Positions 29,835 to 42,900 of a DNA stretch of 64,000 bases are shown here, piece by piece. The DNA comes from the human T2T-CHM13v2.0 reference genome, Homo sapiens. The DNA lies in assembly GCF_009914755.1 (NCBI RefSeq), contig NC_060926.1; one strand, written 5' to 3'. Every line of letters begins with the position of its first letter. The first letter of the stretch is position 1. The notes under the pieces are model-generated. The model saw only the letters and a list, made by a program, of their open reading frames with translations. It was not told the DNA's origin and searched no databases. A program made the position numbers and the translations under genes.

Positions 29835-32665
29835 TACATCAATTAAAGACAGAGGTTGTTAGAATGGATCAAAATATGACCCAACATCTTGTCTAAAAAA
29901 AGCCCACTTTAAATATATAAAGACACGTATAGGTTAAAAGTAAAGCTATGGAAAAGGATATATCATACTAGCACCAATCAAAAGAAAGCAGGAGTCGTTG
30001 TATTAGTTTCAGACAGAGCAGAATTCAGAGTAAGGAAAGTTATCTGGGTTAAAGACGGTGATTATATAATGATGAAGGAGTCAATATTCCACGAAAACAA
30101 CAATCATTCATGTGTATGTGCCTAATGAAAGAGCATCAAAATATGTGAGACCAAAACCAATAAAACTGCTTGGAGAAATAGATGAATCCACTATTATGGT
30201 TGGAGATTTTAACATTCTTCTATCAGAGATGAACAGATTCAGCAGGCAGAAAATCAGGAAGGACATAGTTGAACTCAATAGCACTATCACTTGGCTGGAT
30301 ATAATTGACATCTACAGACTACTTCATCTAACAACAGCATATTACACATTCTTCTCAAGCTCATATGGAATATTCACCAAGATGTACCACATTCTGAGCC
30401 ATAAAACACACCTTAACGAATTTAAAAGAATATAAATCATACAATGTCTGCTTTCATACCACGGTGGATTTAAATTAGAAATTAATACAGAAAGATAGCT
30501 GAAAAATTCCCCAATACTTGGAGATTAAACAACATACTTTTAAGTCACAAATGGGTCAAAGAAAAACTCTTAAGGGAAATTCCAAAAAAAAAATTGAACT
30601 AATTAAAATGAAAATACAACTTAATTTGTGGAGTGCTGGAAAACTTTCATATGCATTAAAGGGGAACTTTAATGCATATGAAAAAGAGGAAAAAATATCT
30701 GAAATCAATAGTCTAAGTTTACACTTTAGGAAACTAGAAAAAGAAGAGAAAATTAAATCCAAAGTAAGCAGAAGAAATATAATAAAGATTAGCGCAGAAA
30801 TCAGTGAAATTGAGGATAGGAACTCGACAGAGAAAAGTCAATAAAACCAAGAGCTGGTTATTTGAAAAGATTAGTAAAATGTTTCAGTCTCTAGCCAGGG
30901 TAACAAAGAAAAGAAAAGAAAAGAAAGATAAGAAAAGAAAAGAAAGAAAAGAGATAACACAAATCATTAATATCACAATAAAAGAAGGGACATCACTACA
31001 GATCCCATGGATATTAAAAGAACAATAAAGGAATGCTATGAATAAATCTAAGCCCACAAATTTAATAACCTAGGTGAAACAAACTATTCCTTAAAGGATA
31101 CTATTTGCCAAAACTTACACATGAAAAAATAGACAATTGGAATAAGCCTATACCTATTAAGAAATAGAATCGATAATGAATAACCTTCCAAATAGAATGC
31201 TCAAAGCCCAGATGGGTTCACTGGTGAATTCTACCAAACATTTAAGGAAGAAATTATACCAATTCTCTACAGTCTGTTCTAGAACACAGAAGCAAAGGAA
31301 ATGCTTCCTAATTCTATGAGGACAACATTAACTTAAAACCAAAACCAAACAAAGAGGTTACAAGAAAATAAAAAATATATAAACCAATATCGCTCTTGAA
31401 CATAGATGCAAAAATTCTCAACAAAATATTAACAAATCAAATATAATAATGTATAATTAGAATTATTCAAAACAATCCCAGTAAAGATCCAAGGAAGGTA
31501 TTTTATGATATCAATACTGATTCTAAAGTGTATATAAAGATGCTGAAAACCCCAAATACAGAAATCAAGAACGACAAGAAAGCCAGAAGATTGATACTAC
31601 TCAACTTTAAGATGTAAGTAGAACTCATCAAAAAAGATATACAAATGGCAAATACGCATATGAAAAAATGCTAAACATCACATGCCATTAAGGAATTGCA
31701 AATTAAAACAACAATGCAATACCACTACACATCTACTAGAATGGCCAAAAACCAAAACACAGACAATTCCAAATGCTCTTGAGGATGTGTAGCAACGAGA
31801 ACACTCATTCATTACTGTGGGAATGCAAAATGGTACAGCCACTTTGGAAGCCAGTTTGATAGTTTCTTACAAAGCTGAACATGCTTGTACCCTAAGATCA
31901 AGCAATCATGCTCCATGGTGTTTACCCAAATGATTTGAAAACTTACACTTGGATATTTACAACAGCTTTATTTATAATTGCCAAAACCTGGAAGCAACCA
32001 AGATGTCCTTCAGTAGATAAATGGGTAAATAAACTGTGGCATATCCAGACAATGGAGTATTATTCAGTGCCAAAAAAAAAAATGAACTATTAAGTCATGA
32101 AGACATGGAAAAAAACTTAAATGTATGTTACTAAGTGAAAGAAGCTAATCTGAAAAGACTACATGCTGTACAATTCCAACTATATGATATTTTGGAAAGT
32201 GCAAAGCTATGGAGACAGTCGAAAGATGGGTGGTTGTGAGGGGTTGGGGAGAGGAAAGGGTGACTAGTTGGAGCACTGGGAATTTTTAGGGCGGTAAAAC
32301 TCTTTTGTATGATACTACAATGGTGGAGAAATGTCATTATACTTTTGTCCAAACCCACAAAATGCACAACATTAAGAGTAAATCCTAACGAAACTATAGA
32401 TTTGGGGGGATGATGTGTCAGTGCATGTTCATCAGTTGTAACAAATGCACCACTGTGGTGTGTGGTTGTTGATCTCATATGAGAGAGGCTGAGCATGCAT
32501 GGTAGCAGGGAGTATACGGGAACTCTGTCCTTTCTACTCAGTTTGACCATGAACCTAAAACTTCTCTGAAAATTGAAGTGTATTTATTTTCAAAGAAATA
32601 GCGTCACCCAATGTCATGATTCATGTGACACATTTGGGGTTGGGGGGGCAGTTGGTAGTTATCCT

Positions 32666-33547
32666 TGTATTAGTTTCCTATTGCTGCTAAACAAATTGCC
32701 ACAAACTTAGTAGATTAAAACAATTCAGATTTATTACCTTACAGTCTTGGAAGACAGATATCTGAAATGGGTCTCATTGGGCTAAAATCAAGGTGTTGGC
32801 AGGGCCGGTTCCTGTGGGGGCTCCAGGGGAGAATGTTTCCACGTTGTTTCCAGCTTCTAGAGGCCACCTGCATTCCTTGGCTCATGGTCCCTTTCTCTGT
32901 CTTCTCCATGAGAAATTCCAGGCTTGGTTTCCATCATCATATGGCCGGCTTTCTCTCAGACTCTGACTCTCTTCTCTCCTTCTTCGAAGAGCCCTTGTGG
33001 TTACATTGGGTCCACCTGGATAATCCAGAATAATCTCCTCATCTCAAGATCCTTAACCTAATAAGACCTTCCCCTTTTACCATGTAAGGGAACTGTTATG
33101 GACTGAATTGTGTCTCCCAAAACCCGTATGTTTAAGTCCTAATCTCTGGTTTCTCAGAATGTGGCTGTATTTGGAGAGAGGGCCTTTAAAGAGGTAATTA
33201 AAATAAAGTGAGTTCATATAGGTGGGTCAACATGAGTAGCGTCCTTATAAGAAGATGAGATTAGGACACAGACACACAGAGGAAAAATGATGTGAAGACA
33301 CAGGGAGAAGACAGCCACCCACAAGCCAGGGAGACAGGCCTCAGGACAATCCAAACCTGATGACACTTTGATCTCAGACGTCCAGCCTCCAGAACTGTAA
33401 GAAAATACTTTTCTACTCTTAAGCTACCCAGCCTGTTGTATTTTGTTATGGCAGCCCAAACAAAATGGAAGTAGCATATTCACAGATTCTGGGGATGAGG
33501 ATATGAACACCTTTGTGGGTGGGGAAGGCATTTTTCAATCTACCACA
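32666..33547 (-). mobile_element. MLT1D-like LTR, interrupted at 33094-33470
   Basis: tgtattagtttcctattgctgct...; resumes at catattcacagattctgggg...ctaccaca. Confidence 0.8.
33094..33470 (+). mobile_element. MLT1B-like LTR nested in the MLT1D-like LTR
   Basis: tgttatggactgaattgtgtc...ttgttatggcagccc; degenerate 5-bp TSD ggaac/gtagc. Confidence 0.8.
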
Positions 33548-33906
33548 ACCACCACAAACCATCCAAATGGCTGCCACGTGTTGAATGTTGCAGGCCAGGC
33601 AGGAATCTTACATGTATTATATTATTTAATTCTTAAAACAACCCTACTGGGTAGCTACAATGACTATCCCAATTTTACAAATAAGGAAAAGATGACTTAG
33701 AGAAAACTTGCTGCATTGCTAGTAAGAGGCAAAATCAAGACTTAACATTTTAGCTCTCTGGTTCCTATCTTCTCCCCTGTATTAAAAGAAAAAACAATCA
33801 ATGGAGTTGCAGCTCTCTGGATAGATATGAAGCAAAGGAGATGATAGCCACACTGCTGGCCTGATATACCTCTCTGGCTATCAGATGTTGTCAGTGTTTG
33901 CTTCTT

Positions 33907-34204
33907 TACTTTTTTTTGTTTTTATTTTTTTTTGAGACCGAGTCTCACTCTCTCGCCCAGGCTGGAGTGCAGCGGTGGGATCCACAAGCTCCGCCTCCCA
34001 GGTTCACGCCATTCTCCTGCCTCAGCCTCCAGAGTAGCTGGGACTACAGGCGCCCGCCACCATGCCCAGCTAATATTTTGTATTTTTGTAGAGACAGGGT
34101 TTCACCACGTTAGCCAGTATGGTCTCGATCTCCTGACCTTGTGATATGCCCGCCGCAGCCTCCCAAAGTGCTGGGATTACAGGTGTGAGCCACCGCACCT
34201 GGCC
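33907..34204 (-). mobile_element. AluY with a short deletion
   Basis: TSD cagtgtttgcttctt at 33892-33906 and 34205-34219; AluY diagnostics. Confidence 0.92.
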
Positions 34205-35927
34205 CAGTGTTTGCTTCTTACAGAATGATTGCAAGCCCCCCTTGCAGTCCTGCCTGCCTTTCTAAAAAACGTGCATTGAGTGGCTTCATAAGGAAATCCA
34301 GAGACCTTGGTTCTCTGAGTCTGATGCAGCTACAGAAGCTGTGCAGATGCGGGTGTGGAATTATTTTACCCTAAAGGACCTGGTTAACACTCACACTTTT
34401 GCCTAAATCCTAGACTGGAGGCCTGAAGTTTTCAGTTCATGAAATTAGACAAGGAGCTGGGGTTCATTCCAAGTTTCCCTTTGCCCATGACCCTGGCATT
34501 CTTTCTTTTGACATCCAAATAGACACTCCCTTGGCTTCCATTCAACAGAAAATTGGCATCCTGAAAAGCCAGATAAAACCTGCCTCAAAAGGGAAAACAA
34601 AATTAATGAACAGACAGGAAATCTGAGAATTATTTTTCTCTGAAGTAGGATGCGGGGGAGGTAATGGCTTTGTGAATAAACTGGAGGAGGAGGGAGAGAG
34701 AAACAAAGCTGTGTTTCCAAGGTTGATTCCCCAGCTGCTCCGGGTGTTTCGAGCTAGAGGGCACTCAGTGGCAGAGTTTGTTAAGCACCATGGCTCCGTG
34801 GGCTCCCAGGGCCCCAAGCTCGTGGTGACGAGAGCAAGGCTTGGTATTTTCTCCAGGTTCCAGTCAATTATCACAGTTAAATTGGAACATGCATGTCCTT
34901 CTGTGGACAGAAGTGCAGGAGCTGCCGCAGCTTCTTCCAAAATAGAGCTCTCCTGGCTGCTGCAGCTGCTGACGTCTTCCTGCATCTCTCAACCTGCTCT
35001 TCCTCTCCTTTCTTCCCACCACGCCATCTCCCCTCGCCTGCTTCCCCTCACTTGGACTGGGGCCCGCTGGGACATCACCCAGTCTACCACCCTGGTGTCT
35101 CAGAGGGTGGGTGAGGTCACTGTTTTCCATTCCAAACCACACCTGGTGTTAGGAACATTCCATTTTCAACTCTTCACTGGTTTGCTTCTGTGGGGGCAGA
35201 ACTCAGATTTTCAAGAAAATGCATTACATTGTAAAAGGATCTTTCAGATTACAAAAAAAAAAAAAAAAGAAAGAAATCAATTCACCAAGAATCCCACCAC
35301 ATACATTTTGTGTCTCTTGTGCTCCCTTTAAAATCTATTGTGGAAATCCTCCCCTGACCAAGAATGGGAATACTGGCTGACCGTGGCTACTCTCAGATGA
35401 TTAAAAGCTCTGTGATCAATTCCAGTGCTAAAATAGACCCACGTCTTTAATTAGGATGATGCCATGTTGCAGGATACATGGGCATAGTGCATATCAATAC
35501 ACACATATTAGCATATGTCCTCCTTACAGTCAACACTCTAAGCCAAGTATCACATTTGTTGCCTCTTCCTTTCAGTTGCATTTGCAATTGAACCTGCGAA
35601 GGGGAAAAGGAGGTGGTTCTGTTATCCACCCTCACCCTGCAAGCACAGGCTGGGGACTGGACAGTTTGCAGGGGACTGGGTAGCTTGGTGCCCTGGCCCT
35701 GGCAGACAGTAATCTGGTTCTTCCACTCAGGGCTCCTAAGAAATGCCCTGTGTTCCCTTCTCCCTGGTGTTCTTTTCCCCTGGGCTTAGAGTGGACCCAG
35801 CTCCTTTCCAAATATTACCTGCAGCTCCTCGCTCAGCCCCAGGCCAACCTGCAACACACCTGCCCTCCTTCCCTGTGTCTCTTACCCCTCCACACTTCAT
35901 GTGAACTGACTCAGGATGACCCCATCT

Positions 35928-36398
35928 CGTCCTGGGTTAAATAGTGTCACCCCAAAATTCATATGCATGCAGAACCTCAGAAGGTGACATTATTTGGTAA
36001 TAGGGTCTCTGCAGATGAAATTAATTAAGTTTAAATTAGTTAAATTTGTTTAAGATGAAATCATACTAGATTAGAGTGGTTTCTAATCCAATAATAGGTG
36101 TCCTTATAAGAAGAGAAAACAAAGATGCTGAGGCAGAGGAAAGAAGGCCACGTGATGATGGAGGCAGGATTGGAATTGCACACCCACAAGTCAGAAAATG
36201 CCGAGGGGCGTTGGAGTTGCTGAGAGCTAGGAGGGAGGCATGGAACAGTTTGTCTCTCAGAACTTCCAAAGGAAGCAATCCTGCCAACAACCAGATTTCA
36301 GACTTTCGACCTCCAGAGCTGTGAAAAAATTAATATGTGTTGGTATAAACCCTTCCATTTGAGATAATGTTTTATGGCAGTCCCTGGAAGAGAATACA
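35928..36398 (+). mobile_element. MLT1C-like LTR
   Basis: gggttaaatagtgtc...aaaattcatat...gaacctcagaa...tatggcag...aataca. Confidence 0.8.
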
Positions 36399-36996
36399 CT
36401 GGCTTGCTCCCCACTTGCCCACATGTAGTCCCAGGAAGCACCCATGCATCGTTTGTCCTCATAAACCCTGGAGGGCAGGCTGATCCTCCTAGCGCAGCCC
36501 TCTCCTGGCCCTTCCTCCAAAGTGCTTGCACGGCTCTGCTCTGGTCCCTCAATCTCCTGGTGGCAGTTGGATCCCCGTCCTCTGTCCATTTTCTCCATCT
36601 CAGTTTTGGATTGGACACCAGGTATCACTAACTTCAGATGGTCCCCTTGAAGCTCCCTCCAAGGCTATGGCTTAGCACTAGCATCCGCTTCCTTTTCCCC
36701 AAGGGTGGGCTTCCACAGCAAGGAAACTGTTCTCTCCAGAGATGTCTTCACAGTCTGTTCTCCAAAGACTCCCTCCCTCTGACCCCTTTGCAAATCTGTG
36801 GTCCTGCCAAGAACTCCATGCCATGGGCCACAAGTTCTCCTTCATTCCCTTTGAAAATTCTGCATATGGGCTTAGAAGCAGGGTCTTTTTGGTCATTTTG
36901 GTTCCCCAGGCCCGTCTCGCATCCTGTTACATTTCTATGTTCTTCCACTTTGGAGGGAGGACCGTGTATAGTAATATCTACTGCCTTTCTGACTCG

Positions 36997-37452
36997 TTAT
37001 AGTGGGTTGGCTTGTGGTCCCCTCATTCCCCCTCCCCAAAAAACATGTCCAAACAGAGCCTGTGAATGTGACCTCAGATGGGAAAAGGGTCGTTGCAGAT
37101 ATAATTCAGTCAAGGATCTTGAGATGAGATCACCCTGGGTTTAGGATAAGCCCTAACCTATAACAGGTGTCCTTATTAGAAGAAGGGAAGACACAGACAC
37201 AGAGAAAAGAAGGCAACGTGACCACAAAAGCAAAGGTAGCAGTGATACTACCACAAGCCAAGGAACATCTGGAGCCACTGGAAGCTGGGGTAGACACGGA
37301 GCATCCTCTCCTAGAGTCTCGGGAGGGAGCATGTCCCTATAACACCTTGATTTTGGACTTCTGGCCTTCATAATTGTGAGAGAATACATGTCTGTTGTTT
37401 TAAGCCATCCAGTTCATAGTACTTTGTTTTAGTAGTCACAGAAAACTAATAT
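36997..37452 (+). mobile_element. MLT1C-like LTR
   Basis: cctgtgaatgtgacct...gttgcagatataatt...gttgttttaagccatccagtt...aaactaata. Confidence 0.8.
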
Positions 37453-38896
37453 CCAAAAAATATATATAAACATTTTTCCTAATGGCAGAACATTATTCTG
37501 CAGTATGAGGAAGCCAACCTATTCTTTATCATAAAATATTTAATATTTGAAAATTGAACTACAATAACTAATAAGAAATGAACTACACTTGAACATACAT
37601 TTTGAGTATCTGACCATTTCCTTAGGAAATTTTGCTAGAGATGGAATTACTGGGTCAAGGGATACACCCTCTGCATTGGCGCCATATGTGCCTCTCTTGC
37701 CTGAAGCCTATTGCTCAAAGCCTATAATTTCCATAAATATTATTTTCTGCTAGTTGGTAGAAGACATGTAATAACTATGATTCATTTATATAACAATGAT
37801 TTCAAATGAGTCCTTGTGAGCATGAAAAACGACCATCTGAAAACCAGGCACAACCCAGTACTTAGGCTGTCTGGGTTACCCATTTAATATATTTTAGTCA
37901 CAATTAGCTCACATCCCTTAAATTTGGTGTCAGATGTGTATTTAAAAATGTGCTTCTTTGTGGCTTTTCTTTTACTGGTCTCAACGCTAAAAGCAAATTC
38001 TGAAATATAGCAAACTATTCTTAAGGACCATGAACAAAAGTGGTTTGGGTCAGCTCCCTCCTCATTCTTTAATGCCTAATAAAACAAATCCACCAGCGGT
38101 GGCAGTAAAGTTAGCTCAAGAAGGCTTTGAGCATCTTTGTTTTGAAGAAGTCGGCCTAGAAGAGCTACTGAAAACTGTTCATCAAGAGTCAAAGGATCTG
38201 GGATTCCACTTGTATTTTGCTAACTTTTAATTATTTTTTCCTTGGGAGTGTTTGTGAGTCACTTAAAGTTGGTGACATATTCTGGGCAACAAGGACGGTG
38301 GGCTAGGTAAATGCTAAGACTTCCAAGATGTGATCCTCCTGCTGACGTTTAAATGGCCCACGTGAAGGCCACTTGCACATCCGTCTCCAAGTACTGAGGC
38401 AAATATGTCTGAACCACATCGTGTGGACAAGTCATTCCATGTGCTCTGCTCAAAGACAGTATTCATAAGTTAAGCCCTTGCTAAAATAACCATCATAAAG
38501 GTCATAATTATATTAAACAGATGCAATTATACCAGGAGCTGAGCTTGCTTTTTTTTTCAGTTGAATAAAACATTTGATTGTTATATAAACAACTATCTTG
38601 ATACTCAAGGTTATAATTAGAAACAATATAATAAATCACGAAATTATTACCCAACTAGCTATTGTGCTGAGGCACAAATACTAATTGCAAGTTTATAGGC
38701 GCCCTATGGCCTCTCATAAGCTTATAAAAAAAAGTCTATGTAATTTTAACTCAGGGTCAAAATTACACAGACTTTTAAAATAATATTAAAAATTTAGTCT
38801 AGAAAGAAGTTGATTAGTATAATCAAATAAGAAAAACATTATTACTTTGGCCAATGACTATTAAATAACACTCCTTCATTCTAAAAAAGAAACACA

Positions 38897-39527
38897 AGCA
38901 CACACGCACCCATTCGTACACACATGCACACACACACCTATTCATACACACATGCACACACACACCCATTCATACACACATGCACACACACACCCGTTCA
39001 TACACACATGCACACACACACGTTCATACACACATGCACACACGCGCCCGTTCATACACACATGCACACACGCGCCCGTTCATACACACCTGCGCACACG
39101 CGCCCGTTCATACACACATGCGCACACGCCCCCGTTCGTACACACATGCCCGCACGCCCCCGTTCGTACACACATGCACGCACGCACCCGTTCGTACACA
39201 CAGGCCCGCACGCACCCGTTCGTACACACCTGCGCGCACACCCCCGTTCGTACACACCTGCGCGCACGCCCCCGTTCGTACACACATGCCCGCACGCCCC
39301 CGTTCGTACACACATGCACGCATGCCCCCGTTCGTACACACAGGCCCGCACGCCCCCGTTCGTACACATCTGCGCGCACGCCCCCGTTCGTACACACATG
39401 CCCGCACGCACCCGTTCGTACAGACATGCGCGCACGCACCCGTTTGTACACACATGCCCGCACGCACCCGTTCGTACAGACATGCACACACACATGCATA
39501 TGAACACATGCACATGTGCACACACAC
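38897..39527. repeat. 28-bp minisatellite (VNTR), ~21 units, CpG-rich core
   Basis: Anchor tt(c/t)(a/g)tac recurs every 28 bp from 38913 to 39471 (one unit is 26 bp); core unit ttcgtacacacatgcccgcacgcccccg. Confidence 0.97.
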
Positions 39528-40624
39528 TAAAAGGACAGAGCAGATGCACAGTAACTCTTTGCCTTCCTCTTTCTAGCATCTTTTTTCCCAGTGTCTCTTC
39601 TTTAGGAAGAGATAATACCACCACATAGCATGAAGAGAGGCTGTCTTAGAAAAATTGTCAGGGAGAGGATGATATAACATCCCTTTTGAAGTATATGAAA
39701 AGCTAAAAGACATTCGTCCTTAAGTTGCACACAGTATCACGAGAAGGCCCAGGGACAATTTAACTAAATTATTTGGAATTAGGTTTCTTTAATAGCATGC
39801 CTCTAGTTTGGTTTCCTTGATTTTTCTAAGTTTTAATTTTTTAAATTGCTTTACAAAACTTGTTGACTCTTTAGAGTTAGATGAAACTTTAGAGACCTTC
39901 TACAGTAGATGCACAAATTCTATTCCAACATCCTTTCTGTCTCTTTCACAGTTTGGGCCAATGTGGTCTCAGCCAGTGGTGGGAACACCAGCTCCTTCCA
40001 GTGACTGGTTCAGAAATGGGCCCATGAGTCTATGCAGGCCGGGGTTGAGCAAGAGCGAGTCTGCTGGAGCCTGCTGGGTACATTTTCCTGCTTTATGGGT
40101 CTCTCCTTCCTCTACAAAGCTGAAGATGAAGTTGCCGCCTGGCAGAGGGCAGAGCTGAGAGAATCAGACAGCCAGAGCCACAGGGTTCAATTAAGCGTCA
40201 AACCCATCCTGCACGTCCAGAGCCAATGCATTCATTACTATTTAAGTCATTTTGGGCTGCCTGTTATTGCAAAAGTGTCATAAGTGTAATATACTATCAT
40301 GTTCAATACATTTCATTTTATGCAAGAAACCAGAGTCCAACAGGCCAAGGCTAAAGGACTTGTCCAGGATCATTGGTTGTTTAGAGCAAGATCAGAAACC
40401 AGGACCCAGTCTCCTGATAACAGTCTACCGTTCTTTCCATCTCACAGTCCACAGTCCTTACGAGCTGGAGCAGGTCTTCCACACACCTACCTTTCTAAAC
40501 ACGCTGCGCTTTGGTGGATAAACAGGCTTCTCGGAGAGATCTTTAATGGTCAGAGAAAGTGGATAAGGTCAGTGAGGCAGCATTTGTTTGGGACATCATA
40601 TCTTCATAACCCAACTTATTGAGG

Positions 40625-40922
40625 TTTTTCTTTTATTTTTTTTTATTTTTTTTTTTGAGACAGGGCACCAGAATGCTGTGGCGCGATTATAGTTCACCAC
40701 AGCCTGGAACTCCTGGGTTCAAGCAATCCTCCCACCTCAGCCTCCAGAGTAGATGGAATTACAGGTGCCTGCTACCATGCCCACCTAATTTTAAAAAATT
40801 TTTGTAGAGATAGGGTCTTGCTATGTTGCCCAGGCTGGTCTCAAACTCCTGGCCTCAAGTGATCCTACCTCCTTTGCCTCCCAAAGCACTGGGATTATAG
40901 GCTTGAGCCCCCTCGCCCAACC
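40625..40922 (-). mobile_element. AluJ
   Basis: gggtcttgctatgttgcccaggctggtctcaaactcctggcctcaagtgatcct. Confidence 0.88.
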
Positions 40923-41305
40923 TGACACCTTTCTTGAGGCTTGCAGAAGCACCAAGGTGCCTGCCTGTGACTGGCCGAAAACATTTTAGCATTTTGATAT
41001 GGGCAGGCATGCTAACTGAGAGTCCAGTTCTCCAGTTAGTTCTTGCTTTTTGATTGGAATGTTCCTGCCCATTGCTGTTGGAATGCTCAGAAAGGGCCTT
41101 GGCCTCCTGAGGACATCTTCCTCACATGCCTGCTCTAGCCTGTGCCTCCCCGGGGAAAAGGAGAGGACCAGGGAAGCCTGTGGACATCCCTTCCTCCCAC
41201 AGGCTGGGACACTTTTCAGAGTGGGTGAATCCACTCTCTTTTATCTCTCTCCTCTTTGTGGCTTACATTATTCCTCCCCACTCTCCTTCCCTCATTAACA
41301 CACCT

Positions 41306-41345
41306 TTTTGTTGTTGTTGTTGTCGTCGTTGTTGTTGTTGTTGTT
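41306..41345. repeat. (TTG)n trinucleotide repeat with TCG interruptions
   Basis: Read directly from the sequence. Confidence 0.9.
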
Positions 41346-42077
41346 CCGGGCAATATATTGAAAACAAAGGTTACTAGACGGCAAATCAGACAACCTGCTT
41401 TAACATCTGGAAATGACTTTGAACAGAGTAACTCAGTGTCTCCAGGTTCTGCTCACACATCTGAATATGAAAATAACAACATCTGCCCAGCATATTTTTC
41501 ATCTGAGCTGCTCTGCCCCCCAACCTCGTTGCGGTGATCGGTTCTCCAACACATTTTGGGTAACTACTATGTAAAAGACACATTGCTAGGGAGGAAATAT
41601 CAATGTAAATTGTGGAGCATTATCTAAATGTAAAGTCTCGTTACCATTAATAAAACACTCATCTGGAAACTATATACAACATTTTATTTCTTCTTCAACT
41701 ACTGGTCCTCGTCCACCTCCATAAACTTCCCGGCTCTTCTATTACTCACATTAGAGAGAAAAACAAAATGCCATCTTTTTCATGCTCTGTCACCTTCCTC
41801 CACTGAGCAATAACCATGTCGACCGGCAATATCAGAAAGGTCATCCGGTGAAGCGTTCACTCTGCAGTTGTGCACCACTGGGTTTTGAGAGTGCTGGCTA
41901 AATATTTTAAGTGATGGATGTCCCTGCCACTTCTCACTTTTCATTTTTTATTTAATCAGTCTCACATGGATCAGGAAAAACACAAACCTTTACTCCCTGT
42001 GAAAACACTGTAGTCAAAACAGATTAAGCATGTTTAACTCAGGCTATGGTAGCATGCTAGTAAAAAGCACTTGGTAT

Positions 42078-42900
42078 AGGCTATGAATTGAATTTTTCAC
42101 TGCCTCCCACCACCCCACTAAAAAAAGAGATATCTAAGGTTCTAATCTTTAGTACTTCAGAATGTTGTTTTGTTTGGAAACAGGGTCATTGCAGATGTGA
42201 CTGGTTAAACTGAGAGGAGGTCATTCGGGACTAAGGTGGGCCCCTAATCCAATATGACTGGTGTCTTTATGGAAAGAGGGTCTGTGAAGACAGAGCTACA
42301 CAGGGAAAAACCGTGTGACAACAGGGGCAAGATTAGAGTTAATGCAGCTGTAAGCCAATAAATGTCAAGGATTGAAGCAACCACAGAAAAGGGAAGTATT
42401 CTCCTCTACAGGTTTCAGAGGAAGCACGGCCCTGCCAATGCATTCATTTCAGATTTCTAGCTTCCAAAACTGTGAAGCAATACATCTCTGTTGTTTTAAG
42501 CCACCCAATTTGTGGCACAGACATCCCTCAGTATCCCTGGAGGATTAGTTCCAGGTCCCTGCATGGATACCAACATCCACACATGTTCAAGTCTTTTATA
42601 TAAAGTAATGTAATATTTGCATATGACCTAGGTACATCTTCTCATATACTTTAAATCATCTCCAGGTTACTTGTAATAGTACCTAACACAATGAAAATGC
42701 TGTGTAAAGAGTTGTTCTACTGTATTGCCCAGGGAATAATGACAAGAAAAAACTATGTACATGCTTCAGCACAGATACAGGCATTCATTCTTTTCTTTCA
42801 AATATTTTCGATCCATAGTTGGTCAGATCCATAGATACAGAACCCACAGATATGGAGGGCTGGGGATACTTTGTTATAGAAGCTCTCTGAGACTAATACA
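42078..42900 (+). mobile_element. MLT1C-like LTR, interrupted by MER2
   Basis: gggccctaatccaatatgactggtgtc; 3' end aagccacccaatttgtgg|tactttgttata...gactaataca. Confidence 0.8.
42518..42866. mobile_element. MER2 (Tigger2-derived)
   Basis: Terminal inverted repeats cagacatccctcagtatcc / gatatggagggctg; inserted at a TA site of the LTR. Confidence 0.8.

Larger units (their letters stand above)
27620..32590 (+). mobile_element. Old L1 (L1MC1/2-like) with ORF1 and ORF2 remnants and its 3' end
   Basis: Endonuclease-like ORF at 30112 (YVPNERASKY...IMVGDFNILLS), ORF1-like fragments at ~28.2 kb, and an L1MC 3' UTR at 32.2-32.58 kb. Confidence 0.85.

Noticed and set aside
34672-35331. 219-aa ORF as a novel protein
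   Set aside because: It has a GTG start and no recognisable domain, and it runs through a poly(A) tract. An ORF of this length can arise by chance; PhyloCSF or Ribo-seq support would be needed.
35928-37452. Two MLT1C-like LTRs as the paired ends of one provirus
   Set aside because: No matching outer TSD is visible, the LTRs differ substantially, and the ~600 bp between them is not recognisably MaLR internal sequence.
38897-39527. CRISPR-like array
   Set aside because: The units are contiguous tandem repeats without unique spacers, there are no cas genes, and the context is eukaryotic.
38924-39628. Long ORFs in all six frames (139-234 aa, rich in H/T/R/C)
   Set aside because: The 28-bp repeat unit lacks stop codons in every frame. 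The peptides are periodic, and there is no splice or promoter context.
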